A stretch of DNA of 64,000 bases. Origin: an uncultured Anaerolineales bacterium. GTDB lineage: Bacteria > Chloroflexota > Anaerolineae > B4-G1. Below the pieces are notes generated by a model. That model was given only the letters and a program-made list of their open reading frames with translations. It was not told the DNA's origin and ran no database searches. How positions within the stretch are numbered: the stretch's first letter is position 1; each line of letters begins with the position of its first letter. The stretch lies in assembly GCA_964421785.1 (NCBI GenBank), contig CAYQZG010000001.1:73853-137852 (forward strand), written 5' to 3'. Position numbers and translations under genes: made by a program. Positions 1-9,600 of the stretch are shown here, in pieces.

Positions 1-775
1 CGAGAACCTGCCGGAGGTGCCCGCCGGGGTCGCCGGCAAGGAGCAGGCGGAGGTGGTCTACTTCGTTGGTTGTGTGGCGTCTTTCTACCCGCGCTCCTAC
101 TCGGTACCGCAGAGCATGGTCGAGATCTTCGAGCAAGCAGGGGTCGACTACCTGACGCTGGGCGGCGAGGAATGGTGCTGTGGCTTCCCGCTCATCATCG
201 CGGGGATGGGCGGCGCCGCGGTCGACGCGATGCGTCACAATCTGGAAGCAGTGCGTAGCACGGGCGCGAAGCGACTGGTCGCGGCCTGTCCCTCCTGCTA
301 CCATACCTGGAAGCACGACTACCCGCGCATTCTCGGCGAGCCGCTGGGCTTCGAGGTTGTGCATGCCACTGAGGCGTTGGAGGAGATCGTCGACGCGGGG
401 CGCATTGAGCTCAAACCGTTTAAGCGCCCGGTGACGTACCACGATCCCTGCGACCTAGGGCGCACCAGCGGTGTCTACGACGCGCCGCGCAACGTCATCC
501 GCGCCATACCGGACATCACCTTCACGGAGATGGAGCACAATCGCGAGTATTCCCTCTGTTGCGGCGGTGGTGGCGACGTGGAGATGGCCGACAAGAATTT
601 GACGGCGGCTGTCGCTCAACGGCGTGTGGAAGAGGCCGCGGCCACGGAGGCCCAGGTGATTCTATCGGCCTGCCAGCAGTGCGAGCGCACCCTCGCCGGG
701 GCTGCCCGGAAAGCGCGCATCCGCGTGCGGGCCATGGACATCGCCGATCTGATCGCCAGGCAAATGGTGCGCTAA
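1..775 (+). CDS. CCG-domain (Fe-S)-binding oxidoreductase subunit (GlcF/HdrD/LutA-like), 5'-truncated at window edge
   Basis: ORF runs off the 5' end. Translation shows two cysteine-rich CCG-type motifs (CCGFP..., CPSCYH, HDPCDLGR, CCGGGGD, ACQQCE) typical of heterodisulfide-reductase-like/glycolate oxidase Fe-S subunits. Confidence 0.6.
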   Translation, partial: ENLPEVPAGVAGKEQAEVVYFVGCVASFYPRSYSVPQSMVEIFEQAGVDYLTLGGEEWCCGFPLIIAGMGGAAVDAMRHNLEAVRSTGAKRLVAACPSCYHTWKHDYPRILGEPLGFEVVHATEALEEIVDAGRIELKPFKRPVTYHDPCDLGRTSGVYDAPRNVIRAIPDITFTEMEHNREYSLCCGGGGDVEMADKNLTAAVAQRRVEEAAATEAQVILSACQQCERTLAGAARKARIRVRAMDIADLIARQMVR

Positions 776-842
776 TTCCCATGGTCCCCGGTGGGTTCTA
801 CCTGAGCCATCTAGTCATCTACTATCACAGCGGAGTACGACA

Positions 843-1889
843 ATGAAAGTCAACCTTCTTAAGAGTGTCCCATGGCAGGACTCTCAACTTCTTTATCACG
901 CTCAGCCTCGTCTGGGCCGCGAGGGGGTGAACCTGCTGGCTCCCGCGACGCCCTACATCTGCATTGGCTATTTTCAGGACGTCGAGCAGGAGGTGGACGT
1001 AGAGTACTGTCTTGAGAACGACATCCCCGTTTTTCGGCGTGAGGTCGGCGGGGGCGCCGTCTACCTCGATGGTGACCAGCTCTTCTTCCAATTGATCCTC
1101 CATCGTGACAACCCGCTGATCCCTGAGGGAGGAAAGCTGGCCTTCTATCGGAAGTTCCTGCAGGCGCCCATTGAGGCCTACCGCGCGCTGGGCATCCCCG
1201 CCCGGTATCGTGAGGTCAACGACATCGTTGCCAACGACCGCAAGGTCTCCGGCTGTGGTGCTGCGGAGATAGAGGACTATTATGTTCTGGTCGGCAATCT
1301 GATCATCGACTTCGACTATGAGATGATGGCTCGATTGTTGAAAGTCCCCGATGAGAAGTTCCGTGACAAGGTATATAAGACGATTCGTGAGAATCTCTCG
1401 ACCATCAAGCGCGAGCTTGGTTCCGCCCCGCCGCGGGAGGAGCTATGGTCCCTGATGGTTGGTAAGTTCGTGGACATGCTGGGGCCGTTAGAAATTGAAA
1501 CCGAGGTCGATGAGGTCTGGCGGTCCAAGGTCAACGAACTGGCTGAGGACTTCCTTTCCGACACCTGGCTTCATCGGAAGAGTCGTTCTCCGAGTGGCGA
1601 GCGAGACGTGAAGATACGCTCGGGGGTCGACTTGCGCCACCGCATGTACAAGGCCGCCGGTGGTCTCATTCGCGCTGCCTTCGAGGTTCGAGAGGACACC
1701 CTGGCGTCGGTCTCGTTTTCCGGGGACTTTTTCTTCTATCCGGAGGAGAAGCTGGTGGATCTGGAGGAGGCGCTGGTCGGCATGGCTATCGAGGATGTTG
1801 AACGTGCAGTGATCCGGTTCTACGACGAACATGGCATCGAGAGTCCTGGTGTCAAGGCGGAGGATCTCGCCAAGTTGCTTGCGAGGTGA
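843..1889 (+). CDS. lplA: lipoate-protein ligase A family protein (BPL/LPL catalytic domain + C-terminal domain)
   Basis: 348 aa. Global similarity by eye to LplA (FRREVGGGAVYLD, KVSGCGAAE); length and C-terminal domain fit LplA rather than LipB. Confidence 0.65.
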   Translation: MKVNLLKSVPWQDSQLLYHAQPRLGREGVNLLAPATPYICIGYFQDVEQEVDVEYCLENDIPVFRREVGGGAVYLDGDQLFFQLILHRDNPLIPEGGKLAFYRKFLQAPIEAYRALGIPARYREVNDIVANDRKVSGCGAAEIEDYYVLVGNLIIDFDYEMMARLLKVPDEKFRDKVYKTIRENLSTIKRELGSAPPREELWSLMVGKFVDMLGPLEIETEVDEVWRSKVNELAEDFLSDTWLHRKSRSPSGERDVKIRSGVDLRHRMYKAAGGLIRAAFEVREDTLASVSFSGDFFFYPEEKLVDLEEALVGMAIEDVERAVIRFYDEHGIESPGVKAEDLAKLLAR

Positions 1890-2101
1890 GATGTGGTTTC
1901 CCATCAGCATGCCTCATCCATCGAGGCTGACACCAACGCTAGACTGAGCGATTGACCATTGGCCTCAAAGATCGTCCTTTCCGGCCGAAGGTCTGGAGCC
2001 TCAGGAATCCTTGATGTCTTCCCTGTGTGGACGCATTTGCAGCCATGCGGTCATGCTGGTATAATAAACTAGAAGAAGATTAAGGAAAGGTTGGGCTTCA
2101 A

Positions 2102-3523
2102 GTGGTTTGGCTGCGAGATGCTTTCGCGTCTCATCAATTGGAATGGGCACTTTTGCATGGACAGGTCTTTTTTGTCCTTGGTATTTCCATTCTCTTCCTG
2201 ACCCGGGGTGGCACTCGGCTGGAACTTGCCCGTGAGCTAGCATCTCTGGCAGCTTTTGGGTTCTGTGAGGCCGTTGCGGCATGGTCTGGCGCGTGGTTGG
2301 GCTATTCAGGGTCATCGGGAACTTGGCTGGGCTGGCTCTGCCTCGTGGTGCTTGCCCTTGGCTACGCTTTTCTGCTCGCATTCGCGATACAGGTCATTAT
2401 GCTGCCCAGAAGGCAAGGTCGAGAGCGGTGGGTGATCGCGGGTGGAGTTTTTCTGTTGTGGGCCGGTGGCTTGCTACTTGTGCGGCTCTTTGGGGTTTCA
2501 GGAGCGCGTGTGAGGCTCTTGGGGGAGATCGCCGCTCGCTATGGGTTGGCTCTGCCGGGAGGGCTGTTAGGCGCATGGGGGCTCCGTCGCGAGACGTACC
2601 GCACGATTGAGCCTGACCGTTTGCCGTTGGTCAAGCCCCCCATGCGCGTCACCGAAGTGGCTCTGGGAGCCTTCGCCCTGTTTGGAGGGGCCATTGGTCC
2701 TACTGCTTCCTTCTTTCCTGCCAATCTGGTTAACGAGAGGCTGCTTCTGGCATATCTAGGCGTTCCGGTTTCATTGCTGCGAGGTCTGGCTGGCATTGGG
2801 ATCACCTTTGGCGTGGTCCGTGCATTAGGCATAGTTTTGAACGAGATTGAGATGTGGTTGGAGAGTGTGGAACAGATGCAGGCCCTGGTCGATGAACGAG
2901 AGCGTATAGGCCGCGAGTTACATGACGGTATCATTCAGTCCATCTATGCCTCGGGGCTGATCCTAGAAGGCGCGCGGCAGAGTGTTGTTAGTAACCCTGA
3001 AAAGACGCGCGAGCAGCTTACAATAGCTATCGAGAATCTTAACGAGACGATTCAGGATATCCGACGCTACATCTTCGATCTTCGCGGTGAGATGCCCCAG
3101 GAGGAGCTCGAGACAAGTTTGCGTAAGATACTGAAGGACTTCCGTGTTAATACCTTGCTTGAGACGGAGTTGATCATCTCCGGGGAGGAGACTAGACACC
3201 TAGATGCGGAACGGCGACAGCATGTCTTGCAGATCGCCCGCGAGGCGCTGACCAACGTGGCTCGACATGCATATGCTGAGAAGGTAGCAATTCGGTTGGA
3301 CTACAGGCCCGATGCTCTACGTTTGAGCTTCGCTGATGATGGCATTGGGCTTTCTTCGATTCCAAGCGGCAATGGCAATGGTTTGCGCAACATTCGAGAG
3401 CGGACTCGATTGCTGAACGCCAAGCTGGACATTGACACCGCTCCGGGCGAAGGGCTTAGGTTGGTCCTCACTGTGCCTTATCAACAGTGGATAACGTCCA
3501 ATCTCCAGGCGTGCACGGAGTAG
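2102..3523 (+). CDS. membrane sensor histidine kinase, HisKA_3 (NarX/DegS-type) + HATPase_c
   Basis: N-terminal multi-TM region; H-box 'LHDGIIQSIYASGL'; C-terminal G-boxes 'DDGIGL', 'GNGLRNIRER'; followed 38 nt downstream by a LuxR-type RR. Confidence 0.75.
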   Translation: MVWLRDAFASHQLEWALLHGQVFFVLGISILFLTRGGTRLELARELASLAAFGFCEAVAAWSGAWLGYSGSSGTWLGWLCLVVLALGYAFLLAFAIQVIMLPRRQGRERWVIAGGVFLLWAGGLLLVRLFGVSGARVRLLGEIAARYGLALPGGLLGAWGLRRETYRTIEPDRLPLVKPPMRVTEVALGAFALFGGAIGPTASFFPANLVNERLLLAYLGVPVSLLRGLAGIGITFGVVRALGIVLNEIEMWLESVEQMQALVDERERIGRELHDGIIQSIYASGLILEGARQSVVSNPEKTREQLTIAIENLNETIQDIRRYIFDLRGEMPQEELETSLRKILKDFRVNTLLETELIISGEETRHLDAERRQHVLQIAREALTNVARHAYAEKVAIRLDYRPDALRLSFADDGIGLSSIPSGNGNGLRNIRERTRLLNAKLDIDTAPGEGLRLVLTVPYQQWITSNLQACTE

Positions 3524-3560
3524 AGAGATGGCTAGATCGTGGATTGGGTGAAGTCGTATT

Positions 3561-4211
3561 ATGTCACTCGAGATACTTATCGCAGATGACCATGAAGTCG
3601 TGCGTCTTGGCCTACGCACGCTGGTTGATAATCATCCTGATTTCTCGGTCGTAGCTGAGGCTGCCACGGTCAAGGATGCTGTGCGCAAGGCACTGCTTCT
3701 TCATCCTGACGTCGTTGTGATGGACATTCGGCTGCTGGGAGGTAGCGGCATTGATGCCTGCGAGCAAATCGTGGAGCGAGTGCCGGATACGAAAGTCATT
3801 ATGCTCACCTCCTACGCGGAGGACGAGATGCTGTTCGATGCCATTGCTGCCGGAGCATGTGGCTATGTCCTCAAGCAGATTGGCAATGATGATTTGATAC
3901 GTGCTTTGGAGACGGTGGCGAGGGGTGAGGCGCTTCTCGATCCAGCATTGACTCAGCGCGTGTTTGATCGGGTGCGCGAGGCAGCTCGGAAGGAGCACGG
4001 AGAGGCTTTTGCTAATCTGACGGATCAGGAGATGCGTGTCTTGGCTCAGGTGGCGGAGGGGAAGACAAATCGTGAGATCGCTGGCGAGCTTTACTTGGGT
4101 GAAGGGACAGTGCGCAACTACGTGAGCAGCATTCTTAGCAAGCTCGACCTTTCGAACCGCACTGAGGCTGCAGCGTATGCTGTCAAACACGACCTGAATG
4201 GGTTCCTCTAG
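3561..4211 (+). CDS. two-component response regulator, NarL/FixJ (LuxR HTH) family
   Basis: REC domain (ADDH, D at ~54 'VVMDIRL', K box) + C-terminal LuxR HTH ([26 protein letters not shown]). Confidence 0.85.
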   Translation: MSLEILIADDHEVVRLGLRTLVDNHPDFSVVAEAATVKDAVRKALLLHPDVVVMDIRLLGGSGIDACEQIVERVPDTKVIMLTSYAEDEMLFDAIAAGACGYVLKQIGNDDLIRALETVARGEALLDPALTQRVFDRVREAARKEHGEAFANLTDQEMRVLAQVAEGKTNREIAGELYLGEGTVRNYVSSILSKLDLSNRTEAAAYAVKHDLNGFL

Positions 4212-4352
4212 ACTTGCCTTCGCAGTCATTTCGCCGAGCACTTGACAACCTGACCGGTCTACAAGCAGCCCCACATTTTGTGGGGATACCCCTTGCAGAG
4301 TAGTTGGCTATCAAGGTTGAGGGCTGGGAGGCCGTGTCGAGAGGTTGGAAGA

Positions 4353-4382
4353 AGGGGCCAGGCATCTGCCTGGCCCCTTTTT
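4353..4382 (+). terminator. rho-independent terminator (GC stem GGGGCCAGG/CCTGGCCCC + TTTTT) between convergent RR and lepB
   Basis: Perfect 9-bp GC-rich inverted repeat with 6-nt loop followed by T-run, read directly from sequence. An A-run precedes it on the other strand, so it may act bidirectionally. Confidence 0.5.
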
Positions 4383-4409
4383 GTCGGTTATCAGTCGACT
4401 ACTCTAACT

Positions 4410-5009
4410 CTACTCCACGAAGCCAATGTCCTCAGGAGGCCAGTAGGATATCCAAGCATGGCCTACGATATCCTCTATCGCCACGGGACCAAAACTGCGC
4501 GAGTCGTTGGAAGCGCCTCGATTGTCACCGAGGACAAAGACGTGGAGCGGAGGAATGGTTTGAGGACTGTAGTTTCCTCCACCTTTCTTCACGGTCCAGC
4601 CTTCTTCGAGGCGTTCGCCGTTGACGTAGACGCGTCCGTTTCTTACCTCTATGGTCTCACCAGGCAGGCCGACCACGCGCTTGATCAACATCTCGCTCTG
4701 GTTTGAAGAGTCGATGACGACGATATCTCCTCGGCGAGGGCCGTGAAAGCGATAGGTGATCTTCTCGATCACCACCCGCTGTGAGCTGTGCAGGGTTGGT
4801 TCCATGCTCTGACCCAACACTTGGGTGGCTTGAGCTAGGAAGAGATTGATGAATAGGGCAATGACCACCGCCGGGATGACGGTCTCACCGATTTCGCGCA
4901 ATGTCCGCAGCAGCCACCCTAGCGCGTTAGGCCTTGGGCTGCTCGGTGTCGGTTCGTCAGTGCCTGGGCTGACGAGGTCCGTGGTCTCTTCGTTGATCTC
5001 TTCCATAGC
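4410..5009 (-). CDS. lepB: signal peptidase I
   Basis: Catalytic boxes GQSMEPTL (Ser), KRVVGLPGE (Lys), GDNRGASNDSR. Start placed at internal Met (MEEINEE) because the longer ORF would overlap pnp. Confidence 0.8.
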   Translation of the reverse strand, partial: AMEEINEETTDLVSPGTDEPTPSSPRPNALGWLLRTLREIGETVIPAVVIALFINLFLAQATQVLGQSMEPTLHSSQRVVIEKITYRFHGPRRGDIVVIDSSNQSEMLIKRVVGLPGETIEVRNGRVYVNGERLEEGWTVKKGGGNYSPQTIPPLHVFVLGDNRGASNDSRSFGPVAIEDIVGHAWISYWPPEDIGFVE

Positions 5010-5032
5010 TTGCTCTTGACCTCTCACCTTAT

Positions 5033-7165
5033 CTATCGTCGCCCGCCGCCAGGTCTGTCCGCGGCGCGGGCTTCTTGGGGGGTCCATCCCTCGAGCACGG
5101 CCTGACGGGAGAGGCGAACTTTCCCTTCCCGGTCGATGTTGGTCACCATAACCATGATCTCGTCCCCGACTTGCACGACATCTTCGACGCTGTCGATGTA
5201 CTCGTTGGAAAGCTGAGAGATGTGGACCATGCCATCGGTGCCAGGTAAGATTTCGACGAAAGCCCCAAAGCTCGTGGTTCTCGCCACCCGCCCGGTGTAG
5301 ATCTGGCCGACCTCTGGCTCCTCCGTCAGTGCCTCAATCATCGCCTGTGCTTTCTCGGCACAGGGGCCGCTGGTCGCAGCGACGTAGATGGTGCCGTCGT
5401 CCTCAATGTCGACGCTCACATCACACTGTTCCTCGATCGAGCGCACTGTCTCGCCGCCGGAGCCGATCACGGCACCTAGCTTGTCCGGATTGACGTGCAT
5501 GATGGTCATCCGCGGCGCATAAGGCGAGAAGTCCTCGCGTGGCTCCGGGATAGCATCTGTCATCACGTCTAGGATCTGAAGTCGTGCCTTGCGGGCCTGC
5601 TCCAGCGCCTCGTCCAGAAGCTCGTAGGAGATGCCTCCAAGCTTGATGTCCATCTGGAGGGCCGTGACCCCCTCGCGGGTGCCAGCGACCTTGAAATCCA
5701 TATCTCCGATGTGATCCTCTAGCCCCTGAATATCGGTGATGATCTGGTGGCGATCACCATCCTTCATCATACCCATAGCGATGCCGGCGACCGGTGCCTT
5801 GATAGGGACCCCGGCATCCATCAGGGACAAGGTGCTGCCGCAGATGCTGGCCTGCGACGTTGATCCGTTAGAGCTGAGCACGTCACTCACCACGCGGATC
5901 GTATAGGCGAAGTCATCCTCCTCAGGCAGCACAGGACGCAGCGCGTGCTCGCCTAGGACGCCATGTCCGATCTCCCGTCGTTTGGGACCGCGCAGCGGCC
6001 ACGTCTCGCCGGTGGAGAAGGGCGGGAAGTTATAGTGATGCATATACCGCTTCTTCTCGCGAGGAGATAGATCGTCGATGATCTGCTCTTCTCGGGGAGT
6101 GCCCAACGTGGCAACAGACAGAACCTGGGTCTCACCCCGGGTGAAAAGCCCGGATCCGTGAGCTCGGGGCAGCAATCCCACCTCGGCCGAGAGAGGGCGA
6201 ATCTCCTCTGACTTCCGACCGTCGACCCTCCAATCGTCATAGATGGTCCGCCCTCTTATGATCTCGCGTGCGATATCATCAAGGGCTTCTTTGATCACGT
6301 TGTCGTCCCAACTCTCTCCGAAGTGTGTCACCATATCGTTTTGGAGCGCTCGGACGCGGTTGTCACGGTCTTTCTTGTCTGCAGCGCCATAGAATGCATC
6401 TGCGATCCGATCACTTGCCTCGTGCCGCATGGTGTTAACGAGTTCATCCGGGACCACGCCGTGGAGCGTATAGGCTCGCTTTGGCTTTCCGACAGCTTCC
6501 CGCATCTCATGCTGGGTGTTGATCGTGTCCTGGATAGCATCATGGCCCGAGCGAAGTGCTTCAACCAGGATGCTTTCGTTGACACCCTCGGCGCTTGCCT
6601 CTACCATCAGGAGAGCGTCTCTGGAGCCAGCTAGTTTCAGGTCGAGTGCGCTCTCCTCCATTTGCTGAAGCGTCGGGTTGATGACGAATTCGCCATTGAT
6701 GTAGCCTATCCGGGCAGCGCCAATCGGGCCATCGAAAGGGACATCCGAGATCGTGAGGGCTGCCGATGCGCCAATGATGGACAAGATGTCCGCTTGGTGC
6801 TTCTCATCCTGTGAAAGTGGCGTGATGATGACCTGCACATCATTGCGCATCTTCTTCGGGAAGAGGGGCCGAATGGGGCGATCGGTCAGCCGCGCGATCA
6901 AGATTGCTGACTCGGGTGGTCGCCCCTCGCGGCGGAAGAAAGACCCGGGGATACGGCCTGCTGCGTAGAGCCTTTCCTCAAAATCGACGGTAAGGGGGAA
7001 GAAGCTGATTCCCTCGCGCACGTCGCGTGACATCGTCGCTGTTACCAGCAACTCGGTGTCACCGGACTGTATGGTTATTGCACCGCCTGCTTGCGGAGCG
7101 AGCTTGCCCGTTTCAAACGTAAGGGTTTGCTCTCCTAACGTTGCGGTGAACGAATGGTTATTCAC
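5033..7165 (-). CDS. pnp: polyribonucleotide nucleotidyltransferase (PNPase)
   Basis: 710 aa; two RNase PH domains, KH and C-terminal S1 domain; classic position downstream of rpsO. Confidence 0.95.
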   Translation of the reverse strand: MNNHSFTATLGEQTLTFETGKLAPQAGGAITIQSGDTELLVTATMSRDVREGISFFPLTVDFEERLYAAGRIPGSFFRREGRPPESAILIARLTDRPIRPLFPKKMRNDVQVIITPLSQDEKHQADILSIIGASAALTISDVPFDGPIGAARIGYINGEFVINPTLQQMEESALDLKLAGSRDALLMVEASAEGVNESILVEALRSGHDAIQDTINTQHEMREAVGKPKRAYTLHGVVPDELVNTMRHEASDRIADAFYGAADKKDRDNRVRALQNDMVTHFGESWDDNVIKEALDDIAREIIRGRTIYDDWRVDGRKSEEIRPLSAEVGLLPRAHGSGLFTRGETQVLSVATLGTPREEQIIDDLSPREKKRYMHHYNFPPFSTGETWPLRGPKRREIGHGVLGEHALRPVLPEEDDFAYTIRVVSDVLSSNGSTSQASICGSTLSLMDAGVPIKAPVAGIAMGMMKDGDRHQIITDIQGLEDHIGDMDFKVAGTREGVTALQMDIKLGGISYELLDEALEQARKARLQILDVMTDAIPEPREDFSPYAPRMTIMHVNPDKLGAVIGSGGETVRSIEEQCDVSVDIEDDGTIYVAATSGPCAEKAQAMIEALTEEPEVGQIYTGRVARTTSFGAFVEILPGTDGMVHISQLSNEYIDSVEDVVQVGDEIMVMVTNIDREGKVRLSRQAVLEGWTPQEARAADRPGGGRR

Positions 7166-7209
7166 TTTGTACCTCCATGTCTACGACCAGACACAGAGGT
7201 TCAGGGACT

Positions 7210-7254
7210 GGGGGGTGACTCGTAGTCCAACCTCAAGACTACGTTTCACCCCCC
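7210..7254 (-). promoter_or_regulatory. long imperfect hairpin in rpsO-pnp intergenic region (rpsO attenuator/terminator and likely RNase III-type processing site for pnp leader)
   Basis: GGGGGGTGACTCGTAGTC ... GACTACGTTTCACCCCCC inverted repeat, about 16 bp paired with a small internal loop, seen directly. Position is analogous to the E. coli rpsO-pnp hairpin. Confidence 0.5.
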
Positions 7255-7367
7255 AATTCCTGGCCTTGCGTCCGGTCTCAGTTGTCATACATACCAAACG
7301 AGCAGATCACTGAACCACGTTCAGATCTACTCGCCTGACTCACGTGGACCTTCTATACTAGATTCAC

Positions 7368-7640
7368 CTATCTGCGCAATCCAAGTCGCTTGATGATTTC
7401 CTTATAGCGATCGGGGTCTTTGCGACTAAGGTAGTTCAAATGGCGCCGCCGCTGGCCTACCATCTTGATCAACCCTCGGCGGGAGTGTTCGTCGTGCTTG
7501 TGTTCCTTCAAATGCTCCGTCAACTGGCTGATGCGGGTGGTCAGCAACGCGACCTGTACTTCAGGGGAGCCTGTGTCATTCTCTGTACGACCGTACTCCT
7601 CAATGATTGTCTGTTTTTCGCTCTTGCTCAGCGACACCAT
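7368..7640 (-). CDS. rpsO: 30S ribosomal protein S15
   Basis: 90 aa, conserved S15 sequence ([31 protein letters not shown]). Confidence 0.95.
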   Translation of the reverse strand: MVSLSKSEKQTIIEEYGRTENDTGSPEVQVALLTTRISQLTEHLKEHKHDEHSRRGLIKMVGQRRRHLNYLSRKDPDRYKEIIKRLGLRR

Positions 7641-7846
7641 GTCCTCCTTGGCTATCTCTATTCAAACGACATTGGGATTTTACCATATTCCGGCCTTCCG
7701 CGCAAGCTAGGCACCCGAGACTTTCCCGGTGGTAGTTTGTAGGGCTGGCTGAATCGCGGTAGAATGAGTTTTCTATCACGGCGGTCGATTGGCTCGGATT
7801 CTCACCTTAGTGGCCCGCGCTGTTGAGGCAAGGGAGGAGGTACGAT

Positions 7847-9412
7847 TTGGCAGAAGCGGACAATGCACGATCGCACCAAAGCATCGGAGTTGCTCAGGCG
7901 GCGGGCATCATCGCCATCGGGAACGTGCTCAGCCGTGTGATGGGCCTGATACGCGAGATTGTCAAGGCAGACCTGTTCGGGGCGGGGGGGCATGTGAGCG
8001 CGTTGGACACAGCGATGGCGCTCCCCAAGATCATCTATGCCCTCGTCATCGGCGGGATGATCAACTCGGCGCTGATTCCTGTCTTCTCAGACTACACAGC
8101 TCCTGAGCGACGGGACGAGCTTTGGCGCTTGCTCAGCTTGCTGCTGGTCGCTGTGACCGTCATCGTGTGTGGCTTCGTTCTGATAGGCGAAGCTCTTGCC
8201 CCCCAGTTGGTCAAGCTTTCTGCAGGGGGATTGCCGCTGGCCGACCAGCAGCTGGCGATTGGCTTGCTCCGTGTAATGCTGCCGGGGATCCTCTTCTTGA
8301 GCTTGGCCGGCGTCCTCTCTGGTGCTCTCTATGCTCTCAAACGCTTCACGCTTCCTGCCTTCACTGCTGTTGTCTTCAACATGGCCATCGTCGTCCTTGC
8401 GGTGGCATTCGGCGGCCGATGGGGTGTGTACAGCATGGCAGTCGGTCTGGTCGTTGGCTCGCTTCTCCAGGTAGTCCTGCAATTGGTAGGCTTGCGCGGT
8501 GCACGCCTTCGTATCGGTCGCGCCTTTCGCCATCCAGCCTTCCGTCGTATTGGGCGCCTCTATCTGCCCATCCTCGCGGGTCTGGTGGTAGACAAGCTAG
8601 CGGAGCTGCTCAGCTACCGCCTGGCCTCTCACACTGGTCCTTCCTCCACTTCTCTGATGACGTACTCTGCGACAATCATCCAGTTCCCCCTCGGTTTGGT
8701 CGGCACGGCCATATCCATCGCCATCTTGCCTACGCTCTCTCGGCAGACGACCAGGAGGCAACTCGGACAGTTCAAGTCGACGCTGGCACAGGGCCTACGC
8801 CTGGTGCTTGCCCTGATGGTGCCAGCAACCGTGGGGCTTTGGGTACTGTCAGCGCCGCTCGTGGGGTTGGTCTTTGGGCACGGACGTTTCACATCCGTCG
8901 ACACGCTTGCGACGGTTGCCGCGCTGCGCTTCCATCTCTTGGGGTTGGTCTTCGCCGCGGTGGACCAGCCACTCATCTTCTCCTTCTACGCCCGCCAGGA
9001 CACCTGGACGCCGGCCCTGGTAGGGGTGGCGACGGTGTTCCTCTACGTCATCGTGGCCTTGGCCCCGACGCTGTTTGCCCCGTTGACACTGAATGGACTG
9101 ATCCTGGCTAACTCGCTCAAGTGGGCTGCCCACGCGCTGTTGATGCTCTTCTTGCTGCGGAGAAGGATGGGCGGCTTGGCGGGAGAGGGGCTGTGGAAGA
9201 CCTTGTTCACAGCCGTTCCGCTGTCCGCTGTGATGGGCTTGGCTGTATGGCTTGTCGTGATGGGCCTGTCCCGGATCGCGCCGGTGAGTACGATGGGCGA
9301 GTTGCTGGTGGTCGGAGGCTCTGGGTTGGTGGGGGTCGGCGTCTACGGCTCGCTAGCCCTCTTGGTGGGCATGGAGGAGATTCAACTGCTGCGACGTACT
9401 GTCGCGGGTTGA
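7847..9412 (+). CDS. murJ: lipid II flippase MurJ (MviN family)
   Basis: about 520 aa polytopic membrane protein with MurJ N-terminal signature (IGNVLSRVMGLIREIV..FGAG). Start moved to TTG at 7847 because the GGGAGGAGG RBS lies inside the longer ORF. Confidence 0.8.
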   Translation: MAEADNARSHQSIGVAQAAGIIAIGNVLSRVMGLIREIVKADLFGAGGHVSALDTAMALPKIIYALVIGGMINSALIPVFSDYTAPERRDELWRLLSLLLVAVTVIVCGFVLIGEALAPQLVKLSAGGLPLADQQLAIGLLRVMLPGILFLSLAGVLSGALYALKRFTLPAFTAVVFNMAIVVLAVAFGGRWGVYSMAVGLVVGSLLQVVLQLVGLRGARLRIGRAFRHPAFRRIGRLYLPILAGLVVDKLAELLSYRLASHTGPSSTSLMTYSATIIQFPLGLVGTAISIAILPTLSRQTTRRQLGQFKSTLAQGLRLVLALMVPATVGLWVLSAPLVGLVFGHGRFTSVDTLATVAALRFHLLGLVFAAVDQPLIFSFYARQDTWTPALVGVATVFLYVIVALAPTLFAPLTLNGLILANSLKWAAHALLMLFLLRRRMGGLAGEGLWKTLFTAVPLSAVMGLAVWLVVMGLSRIAPVSTMGELLVVGGSGLVGVGVYGSLALLVGMEEIQLLRRTVAG

Positions 9413-9528
9413 TGGCTCATTTCCCTCGATTCTGCTAGGCTCTCTCCTTCTTTGGTCCGCGCGGACCGCATTCCTATTAGCAGTACTCGTAGGAGACAAG
9501 AAGAGGGTGGCGCAGTAGAGAAAGGTAA

Positions 9529-9555
9529 AGGCACCACCTGAAGGGTGGTGCCTTA
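9529..9555. terminator. hairpin (AAGGCACCACC/GGTGGTGCCTT) between convergent murJ and oxidoreductase operon; possible bidirectional terminator
   Basis: 11-bp perfect inverted repeat, 5-nt loop. Weak U-tracts. Confidence 0.35.
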
Positions 9556-9600
9556 ATGCTAGAACGCAGCTGCGTCGGCCCTTGTTGGTGGGACGCAACT

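Noticed and set aside
4269-4285. Short hairpin CCCCAC-ATTTT-GTGGGG 58 nt after the response-regulator stop
   Set aside because: No U-tail and a stronger canonical terminator follows at 4353-4382; probably incidental or a minor structure
5953-6634. Several 85-105 aa ORFs overlapping pnp on both strands
   Set aside because: All lie inside the strongly supported pnp CDS; no RBS or family signal
8122-9111. 329-aa ORF in an alternative + frame overlapping murJ
   Set aside because: Arg/Pro/Gly-rich translation typical of out-of-frame reading of GC-rich coding DNA; murJ frame has clear family similarity
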